NCBI GenBank assembly: GCA_964638675.1
Contig: CAZXAU010000012.1
Coordinates: 1,927 to 65,926, forward strand
From: an uncultured Lachnospiraceae bacterium
Lineage (GTDB): Bacteria > Bacillota > Clostridia > Oscillospirales > CAG-272
DNA: 64,000 nucleotides
Direction of reading: 5' to 3'
Part shown: piece after piece, positions 47,501-56,451 of the stretch
How positions within the stretch are numbered: position 1 is the first letter of the stretch
Layout of the letters: every line of letters begins with the position of its first letter
Position numbers and translations under genes: made by a program
The notes under the pieces: model-generated
Told to the model about the DNA's origin: nothing
Databases searched by the model: none
The model's input: the letters and a program-made list of their open reading frames with translations, nothing else

Positions 47501-49959
47501 GCACTTTTCTTGTCGCCTTTGTATTCGGGAAGCTTTGGCGTATCTATTATCATATATGGGAGCTTATCAGGCAGTTTTGAAATATCGAGTAAACCGTAAT
47601 CGTCATAATTGTCATTGTGTGAAAACACTCTTTTGCGTTCGCTTCCGTTTTGAATGTCGGCTATATAATTGTTCAGCATCTGCCGTCTTGTGAGATCGTT
47701 GTCATATACCCTGATGCAGTATATATCTGTCGTCGCACTGTTTGAACCAATGGTTATTCCGACAGGTGACAGCTGACGGAAATCGTCCGCACCGTCACCG
47801 ACAGGATACCTTTGTGCCGAGCAAATGACGCCGTTCATGTACATGAGTATAAGATGGGTTCCTGATTGCTTTTCGATTACAAACGATACACGGATATGTT
47901 CTTCTTCCTTGAATCGTGATTGTATATTGCATTGCTGTGAATAGAGCGAAGCAAGTGATGGTGTGATAACTATCCCACGTCCGTTTGCATAACAGGAAAT
48001 TATCTCAGTTTCATAATCGGACACCTCGCTTGTTGAAAATTCAAATTCTATTGTTTTGCCGCTCTGCTTGAAATCGCTTCCGAAGAGCATATACGGAATG
48101 AAAACCCTTGCATTTCCGGTCAGACGGATAAAACTGTTCCCAAGCATGTCATTATGCCAACCGTCAGATACAAAATTGAAGTTATTGAGCTCGGCAGTGA
48201 TCTGGTTGCTCTGATCTGCCCATACATCTCTTGCACTTTCCGAATTGCTTCTTCCTGCCGCTGTTAGAAAGAGAGACAGATCGGCGCTGACCGCTACGGA
48301 GCTTATACTTGTCGGACTGATACTGACATTGAATGATCTGTAGCTGTTGCCCGAAGATATCTCAAGCGTGTATTCGCCGGTATCCTCGGGAATGAACACC
48401 CAGGATTGTTCTTCCCGGTCTACATTAAGTGTCTGCAGAGCATCTCCGTTTACAGACAATGTGACAGGCGAATTGAGCTGACCGGGCGTATATACCCTGT
48501 ATGGGATAACGAATGATATATATTGCTCCTGGATGAGCTGTCTGAAATCGCTTGCGATTATCGGGGCTGTGTTACCCTCAACCGATATTGAAAGATCATA
48601 ATAGAGCTCATTAGATCTTACCGTTTCGCCGTCAATCTCGCATGTAAAATATACAAGGAGCGAATGGTTGCCGTGTGACAGCCCTGTGATCGGGTGAGTG
48701 ATCTGTTCGCCCGAAAATGATACATCGGTGGTTTCGACCCTGTCGTCAATAACAAAATATACTTTTTTCATTCCCTTGAAGGTCGGAATGAATGTATAAT
48801 TCAAAGACGGACCTATATAGGTCTGTTTTCCGTCAAAACTTGATTCAAGCTTTACCTGAACGAGCGTGACTGAGTAGATAAGGAAGTCGGAAGAGCCGTA
48901 TATATCACTCAGCGTGACCTTGACGGAATTGCTTCCCGATTTCAGATACTGCGACACCTCAAATTCGACAACACCTTGATGAACATTTTTGATAAGGACA
49001 TCCTCGGAATTTATATTCAGCACCATAGTTCCCGGTCCTGTCTCGCTCTTACTTTTGACAGACGACCAGTTGAATGAAAAAGAGACGGGACTGCCTGTCG
49101 GTGCTGTTATACTGCTTTTTCCTTCATATTTAAGTGTAAAATGCGATGAAGAATTTCCGCCGCTTCCAAACTGTCCGACGCCGAGATCAAACGGTCCTGC
49201 AATTTTCAGTCCGCCCGATGTGAGATACCACATGTTTTCATTCTCGTCATAAAACATGTTGTCTGCCTTTGAATCCAGCTGTTTTTGAATTTCGCTCTGC
49301 ATTTTATTTGCTTCATCATTTGATATTCCGTTTTGCTCACTGATCGGCGTTCCTGAGCTGTCATATTTAGTCATGGTATATTCTGTCCGACCGATATCCT
49401 GCACATAAATGCTGTCGATCGCTGTCGGAAGGGAATTGTTTTTTGCTTCGATTGACGATATGGCATCGTAATACCTGTTCATTGACAGTGAAGCTATCGA
49501 AGATTCATCGTAGAGTGTGATATCTCCTACAACAAAATATGGTATAAGCGAGAGTATACCCTCTGGAAGATCGGGGATATAGCTGTCATCATAGCTTCCG
49601 AATCTCTCAAGCTCGGGGGCATATATCAGGATGTAGGACAGTGTAGAAGAATTCATACTCATCGCTATTCTGCCGTCACCGTCATATGAATAGTCGCATT
49701 TGTATCTGCTGTCACGGCAGTTCATATATACCGCTTCTACAGAAAACATTCCTTCGATTTTTACAAATGCGAGCTGATTGTCAATTTTGCATTCGCTGAG
49801 TCCTATGTATCTGCTTTTTGTGCCTGCAAGCTTTCTCGCTTCAATATCGGAAATACAACGGTCTATGCTTCCCGCAATTGCCTGACCTACCGAAGCATCG
49901 GGCATGTCACTGATCCCGGATATCAGCTTTATCTGCTCTTTTATCTCTTTGAGTGTCAT
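44530..49959 (-). CDS. giant virion protein: adaptor-like N-domain + Ig-like repeats + LamG + CotH kinase-like domain + LRR + BspA-type LRR (1810 aa)
   Basis: ATG at 49959. The LamG-like region is at about nt 47650-48220 (IEFEFSTSE...LILMYMNGV...IYCIRVYDNDLT). CotH-like motifs lie at about nt 46240-47560: INVQGTSSQFYFRKNFKIKF, VRVGIDGFPIVAFH, and LLVDSRAKNAFPTYY...NRWFWIPYDMDTAIG. LRRs lie at about 45580-46060 (NLTDLTIGNLRMLQTIDARNCLNL..). BspA/LRR_5-like repeats lie at about 44650-45040 (IPDSVKTLLDSAFIDC..IPDSV..). Confidence 0.7.
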   Translation of the reverse strand: MTLKEIKEQIKLISGISDMPDASVGQAIAGSIDRCISDIEARKLAGTKSRYIGLSECKIDNQLAFVKIEGMFSVEAVYMNCRDSRYKCDYSYDGDGRIAMSMNSSTLSYILIYAPELERFGSYDDSYIPDLPEGILSLIPYFVVGDITLYDESSIASLSMNRYYDAISSIEAKNNSLPTAIDSIYVQDIGRTEYTMTKYDSSGTPISEQNGISNDEANKMQSEIQKQLDSKADNMFYDENENMWYLTSGGLKIAGPFDLGVGQFGSGGNSSSHFTLKYEGKSSITAPTGSPVSFSFNWSSVKSKSETGPGTMVLNINSEDVLIKNVHQGVVEFEVSQYLKSGSNSVKVTLSDIYGSSDFLIYSVTLVQVKLESSFDGKQTYIGPSLNYTFIPTFKGMKKVYFVIDDRVETTDVSFSGEQITHPITGLSHGNHSLLVYFTCEIDGETVRSNELYYDLSISVEGNTAPIIASDFRQLIQEQYISFVIPYRVYTPGQLNSPVTLSVNGDALQTLNVDREEQSWVFIPEDTGEYTLEISSGNSYRSFNVSISPTSISSVAVSADLSLFLTAAGRSNSESARDVWADQSNQITAELNNFNFVSDGWHNDMLGNSFIRLTGNARVFIPYMLFGSDFKQSGKTIEFEFSTSEVSDYETEIISCYANGRGIVITPSLASLYSQQCNIQSRFKEEEHIRVSFVIEKQSGTHLILMYMNGVICSAQRYPVGDGADDFRQLSPVGITIGSNSATTDIYCIRVYDNDLTRRQMLNNYIADIQNGSERKRVFSHNDNYDDYGLLDISKLPDKLPYMIIDTPKLPEYKGDKKSADIEFTDPFSKSRSFRSKGTEINVQGTSSQFYFRKNFKIKFKNGFTSDDSTSNMYSIRDGSIPVDAFTFKADVASSEGANNVELVRLYNDAQPFKVPPQKADSRVRVGIDGFPIVAFHNDGNESSFYAKMNFNNDKGSEELFGFEQGDESWEILNNTSDRVLFKSDNFEGDSWLKDFEGRYPDGNSDKTKLHEMVSWVVSTNREAATGIKLSKSVTYGGVTYTHDTPEYRLAKFKNELSDHFSIDSSIYYYLFTELFLLVDSRAKNAFPTYYKSRVEGDGGNRWFWIPYDMDTAIGINNEGSLVFGYSLEDRDTFSGADVYNGQDSVFWCNLRDAFSDEIAEMYKSLRTSSIISYDETEKRFEEHQEKWSAAIFNEDSYSKCILPLILNNDATYLPMLQGSKEQQRKWWLYNRFRYIDSKYHAGDALSDYIQMRGYAKADITVTPYADIYPCVKYGSYTVSTRGFKDNSYTLQNPLSNVNDTEIIIYSASQLKDIGDLSGLKVGLLDCHMARNLRTLKVGDPSQDYSNPNLTDLTIGNLRMLQTIDARNCLNLRRPVDLSGCTNIENAYFDNTRITSLALPNGGILKKLNLPASITSLTIRNQPYLTECTLYGVENLTAINIENIPGNTIDVPYIIKSMPDGSVVRWVNFDFCLEHESELYSLRTALDRMYSATVKGIIHLPSVSLLELDEISERYPEITVVYEHINPSVTFIGVGCSIDNLPEYIEYSGSFSANIIPQEGKMITNYLIKMGKEQITYDTYTNEEIGKIYIPNVSDNIKIEVSAYEPCQYLVYTGLDISGKRENQEGFDGTVVSYMIGDGSVAHGNGLSGGVCETINIPSTHNGLPVIQIGSLVFGYIYTIKHVRIPDSVKTLLDSAFIDCNLIDCTIPDSVTGKLVTTFKNIGIESVVLGSGIEKLSTYVFFGTSKLKRVEFKGKVPPYIDYDVCLDNRRTDCVFAVPYSEDHSILNTYKSTLRMPDPNVYTYIEVESE

Positions 49960-49972
49960 TACCAACCTTCTT

Positions 49973-50560
49973 TCATATACAGGAAAACTTCTTTGAAACG
50001 CTTGTGAATCTTCCTTCATTGGGGGTCAAACGTGAGATCATGAGCTCATATCGGTTTTTGAGATAGCTTGCGAGAGACGGCTCATCGTACAGTAATAATT
50101 CTCCTGCTGTAAAATAGGGAATCAGTGAGCAGATACTGTCGGGAAGAGGAAGAACACTGTCGGCAGAGGTTCCCGTGTCGGGCACTGTAAGCTTCGGATA
50201 ATAAGATATGCGTATATCGCCGCCGTTTTTGTCACAGATGATCGTATGCGAATCTTCAAAGTAATAATCGACCTTATTTCCGTAATCGCTCTCGCTTGCC
50301 GATGTGATTTCGGCAATTCCAGAGTTTTTTCCGATATTATCGGTATTAAAAGACATTTTGCTTCCGATTTTAGTGCACTGAGACTCCTTTACCGTCACAC
50401 AGGAAAGCGGAATGATATTCCTCATCTCAATATCAGCAAATGCACGTGAGATGCTTCCGTTCAACATGGATAAGTAATCCGAAAAGCAGGGATCGCTTTT
50501 ATTCGATGCATCAACGCCTGCAAGACGTAACGATTCATCAATTAACTGTCCGTATGTCAT
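49973..50560 (-). CDS. head-tail adaptor/connector-like protein (195 aa)
   Basis: It is the first gene after the capsid gene. Its N-terminus is gp6-connector-like in style (MTYGQLIDESLRLAGVD). It is a paralog of the N-terminal ~190 aa of the giant protein. Confidence 0.5.
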   Translation of the reverse strand: MTYGQLIDESLRLAGVDASNKSDPCFSDYLSMLNGSISRAFADIEMRNIIPLSCVTVKESQCTKIGSKMSFNTDNIGKNSGIAEITSASESDYGNKVDYYFEDSHTIICDKNGGDIRISYYPKLTVPDTGTSADSVLPLPDSICSLIPYFTAGELLLYDEPSLASYLKNRYELMISRLTPNEGRFTSVSKKFSCI

Positions 50561-50747
50561 CTTTTTTCTCCTTTCTTGATCCGTTTTTCAGTCGATTGAA
50601 AGTATCGGATCAGAAAATATTTTATGATAATGGGTAATGGGGAGAGGGGATTTTTTACTATGAAAATATTTTTTCACAAAATTGGAGTTTGTTCCTCATA
50701 TCGGTCAATAAAAAATTTTCTCCCCCTTTGACTCCATTTTTCGTGAA

Positions 50748-50784
50748 GCCGCAGAAATGTCTTTTGAAAATGACATTCTGCGGC
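50748..50784 (-). terminator. strong hairpin (partial terminator/processing signal) just downstream of the capsid gene
   Basis: GCCGCAGAAATGTC / GACATTCTGCGGC, about 13 bp with one bulge. It lies 20 nt after the capsid stop on the minus strand, and only a weak U-tract follows. Confidence 0.4.
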
Positions 50785-50803
50785 ATTTGGTGTCTGCGTT
50801 TAA

Positions 50804-51667
50804 TTATGAATACTTTACATTGATATTTATTATTTCTTTAGGTCTGACAACCTTTGCGTCATACAGGACAAATCCCTTGACAGCGTCTGCGAATTTCTTT
50901 TCGGGACGGTATGCTTCGGTATGAACGAGAGGGTTCGCAAATGCAACAGCACGCTGTGTTCTGATCATGATATTGTCGATCGCACCGCTGCTTGTTGTGT
51001 GGACGTTGTTTGACATTTTGACAATGACATTTCCGTACATCCCCACTCTCCCGTTTTTAAGTATTTCGCTGTTGCCGGTATCTTTTGCTGTGTATTCACG
51101 GCGGAAGATCGTATAGAATCTCGGAGACACAGTTACAACAATAGTCGATTTCGGGTTGACATCATTCTCATAAAGTTTCTGTATCGCCTCGTCAAGAACA
51201 TAAAGAACATTCTTTTCGCCCTCACCGGCGCTTCCGCTCACGACCTTGGGTACGGTGGTATAAAGCTTGGTGACAGAACTGTCGACTGCGAAAGATGCGA
51301 CATATTTATCCATTTCATTTGCAAGACCCTCACTTGTTTCGGCGTTGAGGGCATCGAGAATTCCACCCTGTGCCTGTGCCTTATCGATATCTCCTATCAT
51401 ATAGTTGAAATACTTTATCTGATTTATCTGCATGAGGATCGAGGTGTCTTCAATCTCCTCGGGACCTGTGATATCGCCAGATGATGATGCTATGGCGAGC
51501 GAGCGTATGGTCGGCTTTCCGACACCGAGAATTCTTACGCTTTCTCCTTTGTTTTTGACATCGCCCTCATATTTTCTGTTGCAGTCCTCGGTGAATACGC
51601 AAAGACGCTCATTTTCACGGATGATTCCAGCACTCCATACTGTGGGTTTAAAATTTGTGTATGCCAT
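50804..51667 (-). CDS. major capsid protein (P22-coat-like family)
   Basis: The N-terminus MAYTNFKPTVWSAGIIRENERLCVFTEDCNRKYEGDVKNKGESVRI matches the pattern I associate with P22-coat-like capsid proteins of Firmicute phages. It lies after the scaffold gene. Confidence 0.7.
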   Translation of the reverse strand: MAYTNFKPTVWSAGIIRENERLCVFTEDCNRKYEGDVKNKGESVRILGVGKPTIRSLAIASSSGDITGPEEIEDTSILMQINQIKYFNYMIGDIDKAQAQGGILDALNAETSEGLANEMDKYVASFAVDSSVTKLYTTVPKVVSGSAGEGEKNVLYVLDEAIQKLYENDVNPKSTIVVTVSPRFYTIFRREYTAKDTGNSEILKNGRVGMYGNVIVKMSNNVHTTSSGAIDNIMIRTQRAVAFANPLVHTEAYRPEKKFADAVKGFVLYDAKVVRPKEIININVKYS

Positions 51668-51696
51668 ATTTCCTCCTTAAAATATCTGTACTTAAT

Positions 51697-52560
51697 TCAG
51701 TAGTGCCATTTTTTCATACTTTCTCTTATCAAGTCATAATTGCGGAGTACTTCTTCCTGATTCATCGCATCAACCTGTTCGGGTGTAAAGAAGGAATTGC
51801 CGATATTTTCCGACGACGTCAGAGAACCCGGCGTTGCCCTCATATTCGCATAGCTCTGTGCGGCGATTTTTTTCGCCTTTTCATTGAACATTTGCGTCAG
51901 GGAGAGATAGTCAGAATAGATCTCGGCAAGCGGAAAGCTTCCGATCTTACCCTTTGCAAAGCTTACGAAGCTCTCGTCTTTTGCGAGTGCTTCGATATCG
52001 GCATCGGGGTATTGCTGAAAGAAATTCTCGGCATCATCCCGATAGAATCTGCTTTTTTCCTCTTCCTGCTCCATTCTTCTTATCGCTTCCTTGCGAAACG
52101 AGAGAAAATCCCTGAGCGGTTCTTTTCCGTCTTCACGGAATTTCTTCATCGTGAGAAATTCATCGACATCTGCTGAGTCCTTCATTTCTTCTCCCGTAAA
52201 GGGATTGATTCCGCCGAGTGCTTCAATGACTGCATTTTCACGGGCGCTTTTCAGTTCAGACTGTCTTTTTTCCTCCCTGCGGCGTCTTGCGAATTCAGAA
52301 TTCAGCTCGCTTGATTGAATATGTTTTCGGTTATCATTTTCTTTTTGTACCGTTTTGTATTCACTCTCTTCGATACCGCCCTGCGATTGACCGTGTGAAT
52401 TATCAAATTTATCCGAAATGTCCGCAATTTCCGGTTTTTCCTCACCCGAAAATGAGATGTTGCCGTTTTCAAATACGGATGTTGCACCGACTGCAGCGTT
52501 ATTGCCCGAGCTTGGGGCACTGTCGGCGTTTGTTTGCGCTGCGAATTTTTCGTATTCCAT
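51697..52560 (-). CDS. scaffolding protein
   Basis: A charged, helical 287-aa protein between the portal and capsid genes. Confidence 0.55.
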   Translation of the reverse strand: MEYEKFAAQTNADSAPSSGNNAAVGATSVFENGNISFSGEEKPEIADISDKFDNSHGQSQGGIEESEYKTVQKENDNRKHIQSSELNSEFARRRREEKRQSELKSARENAVIEALGGINPFTGEEMKDSADVDEFLTMKKFREDGKEPLRDFLSFRKEAIRRMEQEEEKSRFYRDDAENFFQQYPDADIEALAKDESFVSFAKGKIGSFPLAEIYSDYLSLTQMFNEKAKKIAAQSYANMRATPGSLTSSENIGNSFFTPEQVDAMNQEEVLRNYDLIRESMKKWHY

Positions 52561-52579
52561 TTATATTTCCTTTCGTAAA

Positions 52580-54373
52580 TTATCCGACTGTATAAATATC
52601 TGCAAGCAATTTTTTAAGCTTTTTGTTTTCTTCTATGATATTTGAGATCCGGTCAATTGTATCAGAGTTTTCAGACAGCTTTTCAAGTGAATCGTTCAGC
52701 TCTTCACGAAGCTTACTGTTTTCCTCTTTTAACAGCGTAAGCTCGCTCTGCTTTTCTTCTTCAATGCACCGGATAAGCTCGCTTTTGTCTGAAAGTGCAT
52801 TGTCGGGATATGCTTTTATAAAGCTCTCTATCGATATGAGCCCTTTTGAAAGAAGTGATTCAAGTGCCGAAATATCACCTGCCGCACTTGAGCTTGTTCC
52901 CGATGTAACCTCAACAATTACATTGATATCCGCATATTTATAGCTGTCTGAGGAAAATTCGCCTTTATATGTTTTAGCTGTTCTCCCGTCTCCTGAAGTC
53001 TTTTTATATGTGAATTCATGTCTGTAATAGTAAAATCTGAAAAACTGTGCCAGTACTCGTCCCTGCTTTTCCTTGACAAATCTGAAAGCATTTTTCAGAT
53101 CTTCTATAGGTCTTTGTGCCTGTGACTGAAGCTGTGCTATTGCCGCTCCCGACATATTCGCACCTATCGATTCACCGGTCATGACTTCAGTTGCTCCTGT
53201 TACCGTTCTTGTAAGGCTGGTGATTGCCTCTACAAGTTGCAAAGGCTGGAGCTGCATCGGTGTTTCTGAAAGCTTGCGTATGCCGCTGCCGGTCTTTGTC
53301 CAGTCGACAAGGATCTGACCGGGTTCATTTGATATGACCTGTCCACGCAGTGCATCGGGAAGAACTATATACTTGCCCCATGCTGTCTCCTGTGCGGATA
53401 GGAGCATCATTCCGAGATTGAAATTTATTGCTTTTTGATTCGGGATCAGACCTTCAACTTCTCCGATTCCGTATATCGATTTTTCACGGTGTTCATAATT
53501 TCCCGCAACTATCGGATAGAGCGTGCACCCGACAGCTCCGGGTGTGTCAGACAGCATCGGGTCGTCGGGAAGGGATAGTGCCGCTTCATCCTCACTGAAT
53601 GGGCTATTGCCTTCAAAGCGTTTTAAATTTGGGGTTATCGGGAATGCGGCGTTGATCGTGACATTCTTTGTCGCCTTTTCGCAGTAAACTGTTCCGTTAT
53701 TCCGGAAATACCTTGTCAGAACGGTGCAAAGTCCCGAGCCGTTTTGTTCTTTTGTGAAATTTCCCCCCTTATCTTCATCGGGAACGATCTGCTCCGGGTC
53801 GACGCCGGGATCGCATTTCGCACGCAGTGAGGCGACTTCCTCACGTGATGCAATGATTATCCATTTTTGCTTTTGTTCATCACACTCACGAGGATTGGAA
53901 AAAAATATGTTAAGCGGATCGATCAGCTCACAGCGAAGAGCACCGCAGGGATAGCCTTTCATTCCTTTCGCTTCGCTGTCCCAATAATAGTGATAGAAAT
54001 AGGAGCCCTTTATTGCCGCATCGGATATTGCCTTTCTGTCAAGATCGCTTTGCCCGATCTCTTTGCCTATGTAATCGGCAAATGAATTGAATTTTTCTAT
54101 ATCGACATGAGGGTCATCCGATTTATATACGATTCTCAGAGGTGTTGACAGGATCGCGGATTTCTTATTCCGACAGATCATTTTGATTATATTCACGACA
54201 GGCCGGGGCATATTTTTGGTGCGTTCGGTCACCTCGGGCCACTGTCTGCCTTCATAAAAATTTATGTATGTCGGGATGTTTTCGGAAATTCCGACTGCCG
54301 ATTGATATGCAAGTGCATTACGGTAATCCTCCCACATTTTCAATGCACAGGATTCGTTTTTATTCAATATCAT
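52580..54373 (-). CDS. portal protein
   Basis: A 597-aa protein with the N-terminal motif NFYEGRQWPE...MPRPVVNIIK, typical of portal families. It follows the terminase gene. Confidence 0.8.
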   Translation of the reverse strand: MILNKNESCALKMWEDYRNALAYQSAVGISENIPTYINFYEGRQWPEVTERTKNMPRPVVNIIKMICRNKKSAILSTPLRIVYKSDDPHVDIEKFNSFADYIGKEIGQSDLDRKAISDAAIKGSYFYHYYWDSEAKGMKGYPCGALRCELIDPLNIFFSNPRECDEQKQKWIIIASREEVASLRAKCDPGVDPEQIVPDEDKGGNFTKEQNGSGLCTVLTRYFRNNGTVYCEKATKNVTINAAFPITPNLKRFEGNSPFSEDEAALSLPDDPMLSDTPGAVGCTLYPIVAGNYEHREKSIYGIGEVEGLIPNQKAINFNLGMMLLSAQETAWGKYIVLPDALRGQVISNEPGQILVDWTKTGSGIRKLSETPMQLQPLQLVEAITSLTRTVTGATEVMTGESIGANMSGAAIAQLQSQAQRPIEDLKNAFRFVKEKQGRVLAQFFRFYYYRHEFTYKKTSGDGRTAKTYKGEFSSDSYKYADINVIVEVTSGTSSSAAGDISALESLLSKGLISIESFIKAYPDNALSDKSELIRCIEEEKQSELTLLKEENSKLREELNDSLEKLSENSDTIDRISNIIEENKKLKKLLADIYTVG

Positions 54374-54573
54374 CTGCCTCCGTTCTTTTCGTCAAAGGTC
54401 GTTTTTTTCTTTCCGTTGAGCCATTCGTCGATTATTTCAGAATTGTCTTCAAGCTTTAAAGATTCGCCGTATATTCTCTTTTTATCTGTCAGATTGAGAA
54501 GATAATCGACAAGATCTTCAAGATGTTCGATCCGTCTTACTGTCTCGAGATATTCTTTTTTGCGAATAAACAT
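54370..54573 (-). CDS. hypothetical 67-aa protein
   Basis: An ORF between the terminase and portal genes, with a 4-nt overlap with the portal start. Confidence 0.4.
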   Translation of the reverse strand: MFIRKKEYLETVRRIEHLEDLVDYLLNLTDKKRIYGESLKLEDNSEIIDEWLNGKKKTTFDEKNGGR

Positions 54574-54615
54574 TTTTCTCCTTTCATTCTCGGTGGGTGT
54601 CTTGTTTTATTCGGG

Positions 54616-56451
54616 CTACCATTTGATATAATTTACCGATGGTCTGCCTATTTTAAAATTGTCGGAAATAAAGCTGTCCTGTGGCATTTCAGGGGAATTA
54701 AGCGATTGCAGTTGTTGTTTTGAACAAAAATGTGCAATGGCAAGTGCCATGACCAGATCGTCGTGACAGCCTTTCATTGCTTCGGTGCTCCCATTTTCCT
54801 TTCGTATGAATGTCAGCATTTCGCGAAGTGTCGGCCTGTCACATTCGAGTGTCGGATCGCACCGCATTGCTGATACAAGCTCTCCGATGATTATCGGTTT
54901 TGTTCGTCTTGTTGTTTCAAAGCCTGTCACTGTCTGAATTTCGTCGACACTTTTGTCAAGTCTTTCCCGTCTGTACAGATTTGTATATCCGTATTTTTGC
55001 TCTATTACCCTGAGCGGTTCACGACTGTAGTTGGTTTCGATTGCAATAAGTGCATTGTTATAGTATTTTGCAAGACAGAGCATCTGCTCGGCGTATATAT
55101 CCTCATCGATTCTCTGAACATGCAGTGTGGCAACAGTCCTTTTATTTCGGTTATCTATGACCTTTCCGGTATAGTAATCGTCACCGGCACCCGATGTATC
55201 GCCTCCGAGTACATAGGGTGCGACTCTCAGTATGTTGCCCAATGAATCGTATTCGGTATACGGCTTTTCATGCAATGTAATGTAACCATCCGATTTTTCT
55301 GCAAAGTGTATATTCTCAAGCGAATATGACATATCGCATATCTGTCCGCACTCATATACCGGGCTGACCTTTCTGTCGTATTCAAATATACCCCTGATGT
55401 TATTTTCTTCATTAAGCGATAGAAGCCTGTTTTCTATCTGTTCTTTGTCAAAAATACAGTTACCAGACGATATGAATGCCTCTTCAGGCGTTACCGGATA
55501 TTCCTGACGTATAAGCCGTTTGTCGAGATATGACGAGTATTTCCGGCAGTACCATGCGATCTGTTCACGGTCAAGCCCTTTATTCTCGAGGAGCTTTATC
55601 CGTTCGCTCAGCCATTCGTCGTTTGTCTCAAGGTATTCGTATTCACTGCAGCGGTATTCATCGCTTCTCCACCATTCATAAAAGAGGTTTACACATGCAC
55701 CAGAATCCCAAAGGTCTTTACTCTCCCCGAAGCCGTTTGCGGTGCTCTCATAAATTCTGACAGCGTTTTCGGTCATTGCTTCGCCGATTCCTGCCTGAAG
55801 ATCGGAAAGCGAGCAGTCATAGAATGCCACCTCTGAAAAGTGAACAAAGCTCAGTGTGCGTGACCTTCCGACATTGTCGCTCGCCGTGGCAACACGCCAT
55901 GAGGAATTCAGTTTTTCAAAAAAAAGCTCCTTTGCTGAATTGTATTTCTCTTTAGGGCGAAGAATATCGGGCAGTCTTGAATATACCATTCTTGCCTTAT
56001 CATTGAATATCGACAGTGTATTGTCTCCTCTGTCGGCAAGTGTAAATCCCGAAAAATTTTTCTGGACTATTGCATAGGCAAGCTGCATTGCGGTTATGAG
56101 TGTTGTAAATCCCTGTTGACGTCCTTTAAGTATGAAGAATGGCTTTGAAGTCCCGAAGCGCTCGAATTTTTCGATAAAATCCTGTTGTACTTCATTGAGA
56201 AAGAATGGAACCGTTCGCTTTTTCTTGTCAACAATTGTAAATGTCGCCTCGATGAGAAGATAGGGTTTGAGCTGTATTTCATTCCGCAATTCTTTGTTTG
56301 AGAGTATTTCCCTTGCGGCGGCGGTGGTGAGCAGGGTGTCATATTCTCCGTCATGTCTCTCCTGCCACCGGTCTTTTCTTTTTTTGACTATTTCGCAAAG
56401 TGTCACGTTATTACAGATCCTCAAACTTTTTGACACTTGTTTCAAGCTCAC
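54616..56451 (-). CDS. terL: terminase large subunit
   Basis: A 611-aa protein with an ATPase region KGRQQGFTTL and a C-terminal nuclease-like half. The start is ambiguous: GTG 56451 (overlapping the upstream ORF) or GTG 56406 (after a GAGGA SD). Confidence 0.85.
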   Translation of the reverse strand: MSLKQVSKSLRICNNVTLCEIVKKRKDRWQERHDGEYDTLLTTAAAREILSNKELRNEIQLKPYLLIEATFTIVDKKKRTVPFFLNEVQQDFIEKFERFGTSKPFFILKGRQQGFTTLITAMQLAYAIVQKNFSGFTLADRGDNTLSIFNDKARMVYSRLPDILRPKEKYNSAKELFFEKLNSSWRVATASDNVGRSRTLSFVHFSEVAFYDCSLSDLQAGIGEAMTENAVRIYESTANGFGESKDLWDSGACVNLFYEWWRSDEYRCSEYEYLETNDEWLSERIKLLENKGLDREQIAWYCRKYSSYLDKRLIRQEYPVTPEEAFISSGNCIFDKEQIENRLLSLNEENNIRGIFEYDRKVSPVYECGQICDMSYSLENIHFAEKSDGYITLHEKPYTEYDSLGNILRVAPYVLGGDTSGAGDDYYTGKVIDNRNKRTVATLHVQRIDEDIYAEQMLCLAKYYNNALIAIETNYSREPLRVIEQKYGYTNLYRRERLDKSVDEIQTVTGFETTRRTKPIIIGELVSAMRCDPTLECDRPTLREMLTFIRKENGSTEAMKGCHDDLVMALAIAHFCSKQQLQSLNSPEMPQDSFISDNFKIGRPSVNYIKW

